Notes: generated by a model from the sequence alone, not told the origin. Shown: positions 1-11,006, counted from the stretch's first letter. The stretch: DNA of 64,000 nt from an uncultured bacterium (GCA_963977015.1 CAXBMO010000001.1:96001-160000); one strand, 5' to 3'. Made by a program: numbers and translations.

Positions 1-247
1 GGTTGATGTACCAAGTTCCGAAGTTCAAGCTCAGCGTGTCGCTGAAGTCGTAGTTCAGATCTACTCCGGTCCAAGGTGCGTCGCTTCCGAAATCGGTACC
101 ACGGAACAGGTAAGTGGTTTCGTAACCTGCAGAAACAGAACCGTAGAATGGAACTGCGCATACGGGATCTTCAATAACTGGCATTTCACCACCGACCAGG
201 ATTGCTGGAGCAGCTAGTGTCGCCAAGAGGACAGTTAGTTTTTTCAT
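1..247 (-). CDS. Putative outer-membrane porin (TorF/Gcw_chp-like), N-terminal part only; truncated by window edge
   Basis: Not in the ORF track; translated manually from ATG at 247: MKKLTVLLATLAAPAILVGG...FYGSVSAGYETTYLFRGTDFGSDAPWTGVDLNY... Signal-peptide-like start and YxFRG beta-strand motif; preceded by a sigma54 site. Confidence 0.6.
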   Translation of the reverse strand, partial: MKKLTVLLATLAAPAILVGGEMPVIEDPVCAVPFYGSVSAGYETTYLFRGTDFGSDAPWTGVDLNYDFSDTLSLNFGTWYIN

Positions 248-302
248 ATTAAGGTGTGTTGACTTGTGTTGGTTGTTTACTCGAAACGTGAGTTGAATAC
301 AG

Positions 303-319
303 AGCAGAAAGGATGCCAA
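303..319 (-). promoter_or_regulatory. sigma54 (-24/-12) promoter for the porin gene
   Basis: Minus strand TTGGCATCCTTTCTGCT, exact GG-N10-GC spacing, 55 bp upstream of ATG. Confidence 0.75.
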
Positions 320-392
320 GTTAGGATAAATCGTTCCCCGGCGCTTTAAATCAGTATTCGTGCGGGACTCTAACAGTAAGCTTTGAAATAAT

Positions 393-2180
393 TCAACCAT
401 TTCTGACGAAATTTCGCCAGTTTTTCACCTCCGTGATTCGTTTTGCCCGTTGGAGGATGAAATTTTCGCAGAGAAAGCCGGGAATTACCTCCCCAGAAGC
501 CATTCTAATCTTCCCAATTCCAAGAGGCTCGGGAATTTGAGTGACAAATTCGCCAAACTCTCGAAGGGGCAGGGCCCAAACCTCGACTTCGATCGATTTC
601 CCGGCGTCTTCATTTCTGACAAGGCCGGGGCGTGGCGGCAAATTGTCCATTTCCGGAAGCGCGTAGAGGTCGTAGCAGGGCGCTGTCTCAGCCGTGCCGA
701 GAAATCGCCCTTGTCGCTCCGTGAGTTGATGATTGAGCGGTAATCCACGCATGTGAGCGCCACAGACGACCAGAGGGCTCCATCCTTCGGGGACACTGGT
801 GCCGGTTTCCGTCCCTGAGAGGGAGGGAGGAGTCGCTGAATCGAATCGATCAGCAAGTTCGAGCAGCTTGCGGTCGTGGAACGCTGGTGCGAAAAAAGTA
901 ACACCGAAGGGAAGGCCGGAATCCAGTTTCCCGGCGGGAAACGCGGTCGCGCTGTAATCCAGCAGGTTCATGAAATTGGTGTAGTAACCCAAATTGGAGT
1001 TGAGCTGAATTGGCTCGGCTTCGACTTCAGCGGCTTTGTAGATCGTGCCAGCGGTTGGAGTCAGAATCACATCGACCAACTTCCAGGCTTCGTCGGCCCG
1101 GCGTTTCAAAGCGCGAAGTCGATATTCTGCGTTGAAGGCATCGACAGCCAGCGGTTTGGCGCCTCCTTCTACGATCGTTCGAGTTACCGGGTGAAGAATC
1201 TCCGGCCGGGTCTTGAACACCTCTTCCATTGCGGCGTAGCGCTCAGCAACCCAGGGGCCTTCGTAAAGCAGACGCGCCGCCTCCAGAAATGGGGAAAAGT
1301 CGATCGATACCAATTCTCCGCCAGCCTCTTGCAGCTGCTTGATCTTCTCGGCGAAAAGGGCGCGAGCCGAATCATTGCCGAAAAATTCCAATTGGTCCGC
1401 GTTTGGGACTCCAAAGCGAAAATGCTGCCCCAGTGGAGCGGCTTCCGGAGATGTCGGATCTTCTCGAGCATAGGCGTCCGAGGGATCGAACACCGCTGCC
1501 ACGTCGAGGATGGCTTCTGCATCTCCTGAGTTGTTGGCGAAAATGGAGACGCAATCCAAAGTCTTGCAGGCGGGAAAGACGCCCGAGCAGCTGAGAAGGC
1601 CGCGGCTTGGCTTGTGACCCACCAATTCGTTGAAGGCTGCGGGGATTCGGCCCGATCCTGCGGTGTCGGTGCCGAGAGAGAAGCTGGCAAATTCTTGTGC
1701 CACGGCTATGGCCGATCCCGAGCTTGATCCGCCGGGGATGTATTCCGGATCAAAGGCGTTCTCCGGAAACCCATACGGGGATCGAACTCCGACCAATCCG
1801 GTCGCAAACTGGTCGAGATTCGTTTTTCCGATCGGAATCGCCCCTGCGTCGATCAGTGTTTGCACGACAAACGCCGATCGCTCGGGGTCGTAGGCAAATT
1901 CGGGACAGGCAGCAGTGGTTGGCGCGCCTTTCAGATCAATATTGTCTTTGATGGCGAAGGGAACTCCGAAAAGCGGCAATGACGCGGGATCGAGGGACTC
2001 GATTTGCTTCGCGTATTCCAACAACTCGTCGAGCGAGAGCCGGTGGATCCAAATCCTTGTGGGCTCGGCCTTGGTGATCGCCTCATCCAGGGCTTGAACG
2101 AGTTTTGTGGGAGTCCAATCGCCGCCAGCATACGCTTCGCGAAGGGATTTGAGGTCCAAATTGGGTAGCTTGGTGCTCAT
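393..2180 (-). CDS. atzF: Allophanate hydrolase
   Basis: Amidase signature (KDNID, GGSSSGS, GTDTAGSGRIPA) plus C-terminal VCGAHMRGLPLN domain; directly downstream of the carboxylase. Confidence 0.95.
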   Translation of the reverse strand: MSTKLPNLDLKSLREAYAGGDWTPTKLVQALDEAITKAEPTRIWIHRLSLDELLEYAKQIESLDPASLPLFGVPFAIKDNIDLKGAPTTAACPEFAYDPERSAFVVQTLIDAGAIPIGKTNLDQFATGLVGVRSPYGFPENAFDPEYIPGGSSSGSAIAVAQEFASFSLGTDTAGSGRIPAAFNELVGHKPSRGLLSCSGVFPACKTLDCVSIFANNSGDAEAILDVAAVFDPSDAYAREDPTSPEAAPLGQHFRFGVPNADQLEFFGNDSARALFAEKIKQLQEAGGELVSIDFSPFLEAARLLYEGPWVAERYAAMEEVFKTRPEILHPVTRTIVEGGAKPLAVDAFNAEYRLRALKRRADEAWKLVDVILTPTAGTIYKAAEVEAEPIQLNSNLGYYTNFMNLLDYSATAFPAGKLDSGLPFGVTFFAPAFHDRKLLELADRFDSATPPSLSGTETGTSVPEGWSPLVVCGAHMRGLPLNHQLTERQGRFLGTAETAPCYDLYALPEMDNLPPRPGLVRNEDAGKSIEVEVWALPLREFGEFVTQIPEPLGIGKIRMASGEVIPGFLCENFILQRAKRITEVKNWRNFVRNG

Positions 2181-2182
2181 AA

Positions 2183-5100
2183 TTATTTTTCCAGCTCAAG
2201 AATCGCCAAAATCTGGCCGGCGCTGACGCTGGCTCCTTCTTCCACCAGAATCTCGCGAAGCTTACCGGTCTCTGGCGCTCCGACCGAAATTTCCATTTTC
2301 ATGCTTTCCACGATGAGAAGAGTTTGATCTTCGGTGACCGAGTCGCCGGGCTTTGCCTCAATCTTCCAAAGGCTTCCCGCAACCGGCGAAGTTACCGCTT
2401 CGCAGCCGTCGGGAATCTCGATAGCATCCTGTTGAGTCGGCAATTCGGTTTCTTCCGCCTCGAAACTCATCGCGCCGCTCGCTTCCCAGCGTTCGCGTTC
2501 TTCCGCAAATGCTTGGCGCTGAGTCTCTCGAAACGATGCGATGCTGGTGTCGTTCTCCTTCAGAAACGCGTGGTAATCTTTCGGGCGAAATGTGGTTTCT
2601 TCGATTTTGATCTCATATTGGCCGGTCAAAAACTGGCGGCGCATTTCAAGAAGTTGATCTGCCTCGACCGGAAACCACCGAATTTGGTCAAAAAAGCGCA
2701 GCAGCCACGGCTTTCCTGCCTCAAAATGCTCAGTAGTGTTAAATCTATTCCAGACTGGAAGCGTGCGTCCCACAAACTGATAGCCGCCGGGACCTTCCAT
2801 CCCATAAATGCAGAGGTAGGCTCCACCAATTCCAACGGCATTTTCCGGAGTCCAGGTTCGCGCCGGATTATATTTCGTCGTGACGAGGCGATGTCTCGGG
2901 TCGAGTGGGGTGGCGACTGGAGCACCCAGGTAAACATCGCCAAGGCCCATCACGAAATAGCTCGCGTCATAAACGATTCGGCGAACCTCATCGACTGATT
3001 CGAGCCCGTTAATTCGGCGAATGAACTCAATATTGCTCGGGCACCACGGGGCGTCAGCCCGAACGATCTGCATGTATTTGTCGATCGCTTCCTGAGTCGC
3101 GGGATCATCCCAACTCAGCGGCAGATGGACGATTCGGCTCGGAAACTCCATTTCGTCCGGCGAAGGCAGGCTGCTTTCCGCGCTTTCGATCAGCTTGAGC
3201 ACGTCTTTTCCCTGAATTTGAGTCGGATCGAATTGCACCTGCAGCGAACGAATCCCGGGCACGAGTTCGAGCAGTCCGTTGAACGGAGCCGCCTGAATTG
3301 CGTCATGAAGCGCTTGAACTCGGAATCGTAAATCGAGATCGAGCACCAAATCGCCAAACTCGACCAGAATGACGCCGTCTCCGCTTTGGCGAAAAATCAC
3401 CCCACGCTCATCAATGGCGTCAAGAATGGGCGGCGTTCGACGGGAGGAGACGCTGGCGTCGCGAACTGTCGTCTCGCGAATTCCTTCTTCCTGAGACAAG
3501 AGAATACTCTCCGCGTCTTCATTGGAGACGGAAACAAAGCGGATGGAGTCACCCGGCTTCATTTGGCCCATTTTCCAGAGATCGGCACGAATGATCACCG
3601 CCGGACAGACGAATCCACCCAGACTGGGGCCGTCCGGTCCAAGGAGAATTGGCATGTCCCCCGTGAAGTCGATCGAGCCGACGCAATAGGCGTTGTCGTG
3701 AATGTTGGAGGGGTGAAGACCGGCTTCTCCCCCATCTCGGCGTGCCCATTTGGGTTTTGGACCGATCAATCGAATTCCAGTTCGGTCCGAATTGTAGTGA
3801 ACCTCCCAACTTGTCGAGAAAAAGGTTTCGATGTCGGAATCCGTAAAAAACTCGGGGGCTCCGTGTGGCCCGTAAACAACGCGGACTTCCCACTGGTTTG
3901 TCAGATCCGGGCGATTGACGTCTGACGGGGAGGGGAGGGCTTCAACGGATCCTGCCAAGTGCAGAACGTCGCCGGTTTTGAGTGCTCTGCCGCCGTGGCC
4001 ACCGAATTTTCCCAATCGAAAGGTGGCGCGACTTCCCAGGTATTCCGGAACATCCACTCCTCCCTGAATCAGGAGATATGCGCGTTGGCCCGGGCCGGAA
4101 ACGTCCTTGAGTTTTAAAACCTGACCCGCATTCACGGACACGGGAGCGAATCGCTCGATCGGCTCTCCATCGAGCATGGCGTTCATATCAGCGCCGGTCA
4201 GGCAAATGACCGTGCTCGAGTTGAATTTCAGTTTCGGTCCTCGGACTGCCATCTCCAATCCGGCCGCTGCTTCGTCATTACCGAGAATCTGGTTTCCCAA
4301 CCGGAAGCTCAACGGATCAAAAGGTCCTGATGGAGGAACGCCGACATCCCACATCCCGATTCGTCCCGGATAATCCTGGATGGTCGTCTCCAGGCCCGGA
4401 TCCAGCACATCGATCGTCGTCGGTGCATAGGCGAAGTCGTTCAAGAAGCGGGTGGTAATCGTGCCCTCGACAAAGGCTTCAGATTCCAGAATGCTCGAAA
4501 CGTAAGCTTGGTTCGTTTCAATTCCGTGGCAGCCCAAGGTCGACAGCGCTTTTTTCAGGCCCTCGGTCGCTTTGGTGCGGTCGGACTCATGGACGATGAC
4601 CTTCGCGACCATGGGGTCGTAAAAACTGGGGACCTCGGTTCCAGACTTGATCCAGGTGTCGCAACGGGCGTTCTCCGGGGCGGTGAACTCGGTGACCAAA
4701 CCGCTGCTGGGTTGGAAATTCTTGTTCGGGTCTTCCGCATAAATCCGGGTCTGAATCGCGTGCCCCTTCGGGCTTGCCGAAGCCGCCAGCTCATCGATGG
4801 AAGGCAAGTCGCCGGCTGCCAGACGAATCATCCATTCGACCAGGTCAATTCCCCAGACTTCCTCGGTCACCCCGTGCTCGACTTGTAGGCGAGCGTTCAC
4901 CTCCAGGAAGTAAAAACGGCGGTCAATGTCGTCCCAAAGAAACTCGACGGTGCCCGCTGAGCGATAGTTGACGGACTTGGCAATCCGAATCGCAGCATCG
5001 GCGATTGCCTGGCGTTCTTCATCGCTCAACCCGGGAGCGGGCGTCTCCTCGATGACCTTCTGATTGCGGCGTTGCGCAGAGCAATCGCGTTCGCCAAGCG

Positions 5101-5764
5101 CAATCACGTTGCCTTTTCCATCTCCGAAAACCTGGACTTCAATGTGACGTGCGCGCTCGATGTATTTTTCGAGAAACAGGCTGGGGTCGCCAAAGTTGGA
5201 TTGGGAGAGGCGCCGGACCTGATCGAACAGGGTTGGAACTTCCTCGGCAGAATACGCGATTTGCATCCCAATTCCTCCACCTCCGGCGGAAGATTTCAGA
5301 ATCACCGGAAACCCGACTTTGATTGCCGTTTCCAGGGCTTCTTCCGCAGTTTTCAAGAGGTCGCTGCCTTCCAGCAGTGGAACCTGGGCATCGCGCGCGA
5401 TATCGCGACACACATGTTTGAGGCCACAGGTCTCGAGCTGCTTGGGAGTTGGGCCGATGAACGCAATTCCGGCCTCTTCGCAGGCATTCGCGAATCCCGC
5501 GTTTTCGCTCAAAAAACCGTAGCCGGGGTGGATGGCTTCCGCACCGGTTTCCCTGGCGGCTTCAATGATTTTCTGAACATCAAGATAGGTTTCGGAGGCT
5601 AGGTTTCCCGGCAAAAGAACCCCTTCGTCCGCATCCAGTGCGTGGAGGGATTCACGATCCGGATTCGAAAAGACGGCAACTGACCCAATGTTCAGTTTGC
5701 GAAGCGTGCGTTGAATCCGGCAAGAGATGGCGCCACGGTTGGCGATAAGGACTTTCTTAAACAT
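2183..5764 (-). CDS. uca: Urea/guanidine carboxylase (biotin-dependent), likely guanidine-preferring
   Basis: Biotin carboxylase N-terminus (KVLIANRG, HPGYGFLSEN), carboxyltransferase domains (GSIDFTGDMP, PGGYQFVGRT), C-terminal biotinyl site ESMKME. Confidence 0.95.
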   Translation of the reverse strand: MFKKVLIANRGAISCRIQRTLRKLNIGSVAVFSNPDRESLHALDADEGVLLPGNLASETYLDVQKIIEAARETGAEAIHPGYGFLSENAGFANACEEAGIAFIGPTPKQLETCGLKHVCRDIARDAQVPLLEGSDLLKTAEEALETAIKVGFPVILKSSAGGGGIGMQIAYSAEEVPTLFDQVRRLSQSNFGDPSLFLEKYIERARHIEVQVFGDGKGNVIALGERDCSAQRRNQKVIEETPAPGLSDEERQAIADAAIRIAKSVNYRSAGTVEFLWDDIDRRFYFLEVNARLQVEHGVTEEVWGIDLVEWMIRLAAGDLPSIDELAASASPKGHAIQTRIYAEDPNKNFQPSSGLVTEFTAPENARCDTWIKSGTEVPSFYDPMVAKVIVHESDRTKATEGLKKALSTLGCHGIETNQAYVSSILESEAFVEGTITTRFLNDFAYAPTTIDVLDPGLETTIQDYPGRIGMWDVGVPPSGPFDPLSFRLGNQILGNDEAAAGLEMAVRGPKLKFNSSTVICLTGADMNAMLDGEPIERFAPVSVNAGQVLKLKDVSGPGQRAYLLIQGGVDVPEYLGSRATFRLGKFGGHGGRALKTGDVLHLAGSVEALPSPSDVNRPDLTNQWEVRVVYGPHGAPEFFTDSDIETFFSTSWEVHYNSDRTGIRLIGPKPKWARRDGGEAGLHPSNIHDNAYCVGSIDFTGDMPILLGPDGPSLGGFVCPAVIIRADLWKMGQMKPGDSIRFVSVSNEDAESILLSQEEGIRETTVRDASVSSRRTPPILDAIDERGVIFRQSGDGVILVEFGDLVLDLDLRFRVQALHDAIQAAPFNGLLELVPGIRSLQVQFDPTQIQGKDVLKLIESAESSLPSPDEMEFPSRIVHLPLSWDDPATQEAIDKYMQIVRADAPWCPSNIEFIRRINGLESVDEVRRIVYDASYFVMGLGDVYLGAPVATPLDPRHRLVTTKYNPARTWTPENAVGIGGAYLCIYGMEGPGGYQFVGRTLPVWNRFNTTEHFEAGKPWLLRFFDQIRWFPVEADQLLEMRRQFLTGQYEIKIEETTFRPKDYHAFLKENDTSIASFRETQRQAFAEERERWEASGAMSFEAEETELPTQQDAIEIPDGCEAVTSPVAGSLWKIEAKPGDSVTEDQTLLIVESMKMEISVGAPETGKLREILVEEGASVSAGQILAILELEK

Positions 5765-5768
5765 GATG

Positions 5769-6401
5769 TTAGTCCCAGATTAAAACGCGCACAGGTGTCG
5801 GGTTATACGCATTGCAGGGATTGTTGAGTTGAGGACAGTTCGAGATGAGCGCGATCACGTCCATTTCGGCTCGCATTTCCACATATCTTCCCGGTGCCGA
5901 GATTCCATCGGCAAACGTTAGTTTCCCTTCAGGAGTAACCGGTACATTCATGAAGAAATTGATATTGCAGGTGATGTCTCGTTTTCCCATGTCGTGGCCC
6001 CACTCGGTAACGCCACATAGGAAGCTATCGCGACACGCGTGCATGTATTCCTTGTCCAAGGCATAGCGCATGGTGTTGCTTTCGCGGGAGCAGGCGCCGC
6101 CGACAGTGTCATGACGGCCGCAGGTGTCCGCTACGATGGTGAGGAGAACATTTCCCTCGGTGGAGATAAGTTCGGTTCCCGTCGTGAGATAAAGGTTTGC
6201 CTGACGTTGGATCGTGTCGCTGGCGCTATACCGATCACTGACATCATGGGCGTTGTAGAAGAGCGTGTCAGCCGCTTGGTTTCCTTCCAGATCGAGGATG
6301 CGAAAGGTTTGGCCCTTCTTGATTTCACGCATCCAATGATCACCGGCAAGAACCGTGTAATCATAGGATGCGTCTTCTGGGACTAGTGAGGATTCGGTCA
6401 T
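5769..6401 (-). CDS. cgdB: Urea carboxylase-associated protein 2 / carboxyguanidine deiminase subunit (DUF1989)
   Basis: [28 protein letters not shown] motifs; adjacent to uca. Confidence 0.85.
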   Translation of the reverse strand: MTESSLVPEDASYDYTVLAGDHWMREIKKGQTFRILDLEGNQAADTLFYNAHDVSDRYSASDTIQRQANLYLTTGTELISTEGNVLLTIVADTCGRHDTVGGACSRESNTMRYALDKEYMHACRDSFLCGVTEWGHDMGKRDITCNINFFMNVPVTPEGKLTFADGISAPGRYVEMRAEMDVIALISNCPQLNNPCNAYNPTPVRVLIWD

Positions 6402-7126
6402 GAGCGCAGCGCGTGATAGTTTGTGGTATTCAGATAAGCTCGTTCGTTCTCCGGGCAGGAAGCTCGGTATTGGCCGTCATTCTCCGATTCAAAAACACTC
6501 AAAAGTAGAGGCTTGGGAGAGTAATCGGGATTGGGATCGAGCGGATGCTGGCAGGTATTCAGAATCACCAGCGTGTCCATTTCAAAACTCAGATCAACGA
6601 CGGACCCGGGAGGAGATGCGCCTTCTGCGTAAGTGAGATTTCCGTCTTCATCAGAAACCACTTTGCTAAACCAATTCACATTGGGAACCAGATCCCGTTT
6701 GCCAAGACCCCATTTTGCCATCTCAATCAAAAAATCGTCTTTTGCGTTTCGGTGGAAGTCATTGCGCGCGGTTTGATAGTTGTTCTCCCCATACTTTTTG
6801 AGCACCAACCCGGCATTCGAACATCCGCAGACGGTGTCGTGCCATCCCATGGTATCTTCCGAGATGCCGGCAAAGATTCTGCCCATGTCAGAATGCAGGC
6901 AGTAAGGTTTTGTCAGGAAAAAGATCTGCTGCCCCTTCAGGGTGTCCGGCATGTTATAACGCTCCAATGGTTGGTCCGCATTAAAGAGCAACATTCCGAC
7001 ATTCACTCCTCCTTCGAGGTCCGTCATTCGCAAGGTTTTTCCCTTCCCAATGACCTGGGACCACATTCCGCCGCCGCGAATGGTTGTTTCAAAGCGAAGC
7101 TTGTCTTGAGGTATGGTCGTGCTCAT
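6398..7126 (-). CDS. cgdA: Urea carboxylase-associated protein 1 / carboxyguanidine deiminase subunit (DUF1989)
   Basis: [36 protein letters not shown] motifs; 4-bp overlap with the downstream DUF1989 gene. Confidence 0.85.
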   Translation of the reverse strand: MSTTIPQDKLRFETTIRGGGMWSQVIGKGKTLRMTDLEGGVNVGMLLFNADQPLERYNMPDTLKGQQIFFLTKPYCLHSDMGRIFAGISEDTMGWHDTVCGCSNAGLVLKKYGENNYQTARNDFHRNAKDDFLIEMAKWGLGKRDLVPNVNWFSKVVSDEDGNLTYAEGASPPGSVVDLSFEMDTLVILNTCQHPLDPNPDYSPKPLLLSVFESENDGQYRASCPENERAYLNTTNYHALRS

Positions 7127-7593
7127 GATTCGTCAGGAAGAGGGTGGATCGGTGGTAGTATCATTGAGAAAATGGTCAGGCGTCCGGATTTCACCCCTTT
7201 GGCGGTGATCAGCTCATCTGAAATCGCTTTGAGCCGTTTTGCGGGGCCCTGAACGAGCAGCACTTCCATGGTGTGTTCGTTTTCGAGCAATATATGTTGG
7301 GAACTGATCACTTCGTTAATGTGTTTGCGCTCAATGTCAGAAAGTGTCTGAAGCAGGCCGGGGCGCGACGCATCATAGAAAAGCGTGATGGTGCCTGCCA
7401 TGACCTCCTCACCAAGTTCACTGCGATGCTCCAGCGCACTTTGCTGAATCATCTCGGCTACGGCCTGAGAACGGCTTTGAAAGCCCCGTTGCTCGATCAG
7501 GCGATCAAGCGCGTCGTAGACTTCGGGCAAAAGTGAAACGGTGATGCGTTTCACCCCGTCGACATGGTTCAAACTGGGAGGTGCTTCATTCAT
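7123..7593 (-). CDS. NikR/CopG-family ribbon-helix-helix regulator with ACT-like C-terminal domain
   Basis: RITVSL...[13 protein letters not shown] motif, then GTITLFYD...SSQHILL...MEVLLVQG. Start moved to ATG 7593 (MNEAPP), downstream of the sigma54 site. Confidence 0.85.
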   Translation of the reverse strand: MNEAPPSLNHVDGVKRITVSLLPEVYDALDRLIEQRGFQSRSQAVAEMIQQSALEHRSELGEEVMAGTITLFYDASRPGLLQTLSDIERKHINEVISSQHILLENEHTMEVLLVQGPAKRLKAISDELITAKGVKSGRLTIFSMILPPIHPLPDES

Positions 7594-7626
7594 ACTTATG
7601 TTTTCGAAAGTATTACCAATGTTTGG

Positions 7627-7643
7627 AGCATTTATTGTGCCAA
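7627..7643 (-). promoter_or_regulatory. sigma54 promoter for the regulator-cgdAB-uca-atzF operon
   Basis: Minus strand TTGGCACAATAAATGCT, GG-N10-GC. Confidence 0.85.
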
Positions 7644-7663
7644 TACAAGGCCTTTGAGGGGAT

Positions 7664-7680
7664 TTGGCGCGGAACCTGCT
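7664..7680 (+). promoter_or_regulatory. sigma54 promoter for the ABC ATPase gene
   Basis: TTGGCGCGGAACCTGCT, GG-N10-GC, 36 bp upstream of ATG 7717. Confidence 0.7.
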
Positions 7681-7716
7681 TTTACGGTTTCTGTTCAACT
7701 TTTAACCAGCTTTCCC

Positions 7717-8625
7717 ATGGTCCAATCGCTTCAATTGCCCAGTTACCTCGAACAAGATCCAAAAGTTGCGTCTCGCTTTGAGAGGCTCAAACAACGTGAC
7801 ATCGAGCTCGATGTGCGAAATTTGGGAAAGATCTTCAACGGCTCGGGAGGCGAAGTGGAAGCCCTGCATGACGTGAGTTTCAGTGTCTATCGGCGGGAGT
7901 TCATGTGCGTGCTTGGTGCCTCGGGATGCGGAAAATCAACCCTGATCAGGATTTTGGCCGGACTTGAAAGCCCAACCTCAGGAGAGGTTATTCTCGATGG
8001 GAAGCCTGTCTCCGGGCCGGGGCCTGATCGCGGAATGGTGTTTCAGAGTTACACGCTCTTCCCGTGGTTGACGGTGAAAGACAACGTGATGTTTGGGTTG
8101 GAAATGACGGGCAGGGGTGGCTCTGCGGCGGAAAGCGAGGCCCGCCAATGGATTGACCTGGTTGGACTTTCCAAGTTCGAGGATACCTACCCTCATCAAT
8201 TGTCAGGTGGAATGAAGCAGCGGGTCGCCATCGCGCGAGCACTCGCCAATCAACCCCGGATCCTGCTGATGGATGAGCCGTTTGGTGCCCTGGATGCTCA
8301 GACAAGGGCCCACATGCAGGCCTACCTGCTCCAAATCTGGAAGAATGTGGACATTACCATTTTGTTCATCACGCATGATCTTGATGAGGCAGTTTACCTG
8401 TCTGACCGAATCCTGGTTCTTAGTCCCAACCCGGGCGAAGTCGCCGAGATGATCGAGGTTCCCGTGCCTCGGCCGCGCTCGCCCGATCAGTCAATTATGC
8501 CTGAGTTTCTGGCCACCAAGAAGCGGCTTGAAGAACTGATTCACCCGAAGCACAGCAGCTCATCGGATGACGATGAGTCGATCCCCATTCTCAGGATGAC
8601 GGCGCTGGATGATGATGTGGAGTGA
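7717..8625 (+). CDS. ABC transporter ATP-binding subunit (NitT/TauT family)
   Basis: Walker A GASGCGKS, signature LSGGMKQR, Walker [16 protein letters not shown]; start moved to ATG 7717. Confidence 0.92.
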   Translation: MVQSLQLPSYLEQDPKVASRFERLKQRDIELDVRNLGKIFNGSGGEVEALHDVSFSVYRREFMCVLGASGCGKSTLIRILAGLESPTSGEVILDGKPVSGPGPDRGMVFQSYTLFPWLTVKDNVMFGLEMTGRGGSAAESEARQWIDLVGLSKFEDTYPHQLSGGMKQRVAIARALANQPRILLMDEPFGALDAQTRAHMQAYLLQIWKNVDITILFITHDLDEAVYLSDRILVLSPNPGEVAEMIEVPVPRPRSPDQSIMPEFLATKKRLEELIHPKHSSSSDDDESIPILRMTALDDDVE

Positions 8626-9469
8626 AGTCAGCCTGCCAGGCTGAGAACGCCTTGCGCAGCTCGATTCCCATCCACTGATTGATCTCCCACAGGTCCGCCA
8701 CAGGTTTCTTGGAATAGGGCTCCAGGTGAAGGTAACCGTCCGTGCCGAACTCTGGAGTCATCGTGAAGGTTTCGAAACCGCGAAGAGCCTGACACTCCCA
8801 CATGGTTTCCCACCAGGTCAGGTGCGCTGCAACGGCCTCGGCATATTCGGGGGCGCGCGGGTCTGGAACCTGCGGACCCTGGTCGTAGCCAACCCGGGCG
8901 TGGAGATGCCAACAATTTTTTCCGAGAGCGGCTAACAAGTCAGCATTGTCATTCATCACGAGACGTTCCGCGACGCAGCACCAATGGCTGAAATCCAGAT
9001 TCAGCTTGAGATCCGGCAACTCGTGAATCAACTCAGCGGTGACCCACGGGGTGAAGGTTGAGCGGCTCCGGTGAGTTTCGATCGTGATGGTTGTGTTGAA
9101 CTCGCTTTCCAGTTCGAGCAATTGGCCAAAGTAGTCGATCTGCGTTCTGAGGGGCCAGGCGTCCAAACCCGTTTGCGTGTTCACGAAGGTTGGCTCCAAC
9201 GGAAGGCTTCGCTCCAGCCCGCGGCGCAAATCATCAAGGTGGTTGGACGGTGTGGCGCACGGATCAGGGACATACCAACCACCTGTGAAAATCTCGGCGA
9301 TCATTTCGAGGTCGGCCGCCTCAAGTTGCTCTTTGAGCAAGGATCGTTCGTCGTCTTGAGCTGGGACCGGTCCCTCGATCCCGTCAAACTCTGCGCTGAC
9401 GGCTTGTTCGATCGCTTCGGTCAGCGTTCCTTCATGACCCCAGAGCGGTTTGTAAATCTTTAACTTCAT
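8591..9469 (-). CDS. Sugar phosphate isomerase/epimerase-like (AP endonuclease 2) TIM-barrel metalloprotein
   Basis: [27 protein letters not shown] metal-ligand-type motifs. Confidence 0.75.
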   Translation of the reverse strand: MKLKIYKPLWGHEGTLTEAIEQAVSAEFDGIEGPVPAQDDERSLLKEQLEAADLEMIAEIFTGGWYVPDPCATPSNHLDDLRRGLERSLPLEPTFVNTQTGLDAWPLRTQIDYFGQLLELESEFNTTITIETHRSRSTFTPWVTAELIHELPDLKLNLDFSHWCCVAERLVMNDNADLLAALGKNCWHLHARVGYDQGPQVPDPRAPEYAEAVAAHLTWWETMWECQALRGFETFTMTPEFGTDGYLHLEPYSKKPVADLWEINQWMGIELRKAFSAWQADFTPHHHPAPSS

Positions 9470-10328
9470 TATTGCTTTTCGAAGTCGATTTCGCGGCGGG
9501 CGGTGGGATTCTCGAGCACATAACGGGCGAGTTCCGATCCGGTCGTGATCCAGGTGTCACCGCTTTCCAGCAGGCCGCGAATGATGCGCTCCAGAAGTTG
9601 CACCCGGGAAGGGCGACCGCTGAGCCAGGGGTGAAGTGTCAGGACAAAGCAGCAGCCGTAATCGCGCATTGCCTCGAATTCGCGCCACCAGAGTTGGAAG
9701 ACCTTTTCGCAATCCTCGGGAATGACTCCCCAGGCTGGATCGGCGTTGAAGGCGAATTGTTCCCAGTCTTCCAGCAGCCATTGGCCGGGAATCTCGACCA
9801 AACCGTTTTGATGAATGAACGGGACATCATCGCTCATCATGCTGGCGTCATAGAGAAACCCGTGGGATTTGAGCAAATCGGGTGTTCCGGGATTGAGCTC
9901 AAACCATGGCGCGCGAAATCCGATTGGCCGGCTGCCGACGATCCGTTCCAGAATGGCGGTGGATTTTTCCAGAATCGCCTCTTCTTCGGGTGGTGCGAGC
10001 GTCGGCAACTTTTCGTGAAGATGACCATGGGCGCCAATCTCGTGACCCTGGTTCGCGATTGCTTCGGTCATTTTGGGATACTGCTCCGCAACCCAGGAAG
10101 GAATGAAAAACGTGCCGGGAACGTTGTAGTGTTTCAGGAGTCCGAGGATCCGCGGCACGCCAATTGAAGGGCCGTAGCTGCACTGCGACATCGTGGTGAT
10201 GCGGCTTACGAGGTTGGGATCTTCAGAAAGCGCGGTGGTCTCGCCATCGACGTCAAAGCAAAGCATGGCGGCGGCTTTGCAACCATTGGGCCAGGAGAAG
10301 CGGGGCTCCGGTTGATATTTGGGAAGGT

Positions 10329-10332
<4 letters not shown>
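9469..10332 (-). CDS. Polysaccharide deacetylase (CE4) family hydrolase, PuuE/HpPgdA-like
   Basis: CFDVD, HEIGAHGHLH, GFRAPW, YDAS, LTLHPWLSGRPSR; no signal peptide. Confidence 0.85.

Positions 10333-11005
<673 letters not shown>

Positions 11006-11006
<1 letters not shown>

Noticed and set aside
7564-7716. Long N-terminal extensions of the ATPase and regulator ORFs (also ADH from 13126, glnB from 29527, dnaN from 47741)
   Set aside because: They run across promoters or opposing genes; downstream starts fit the family N-termini
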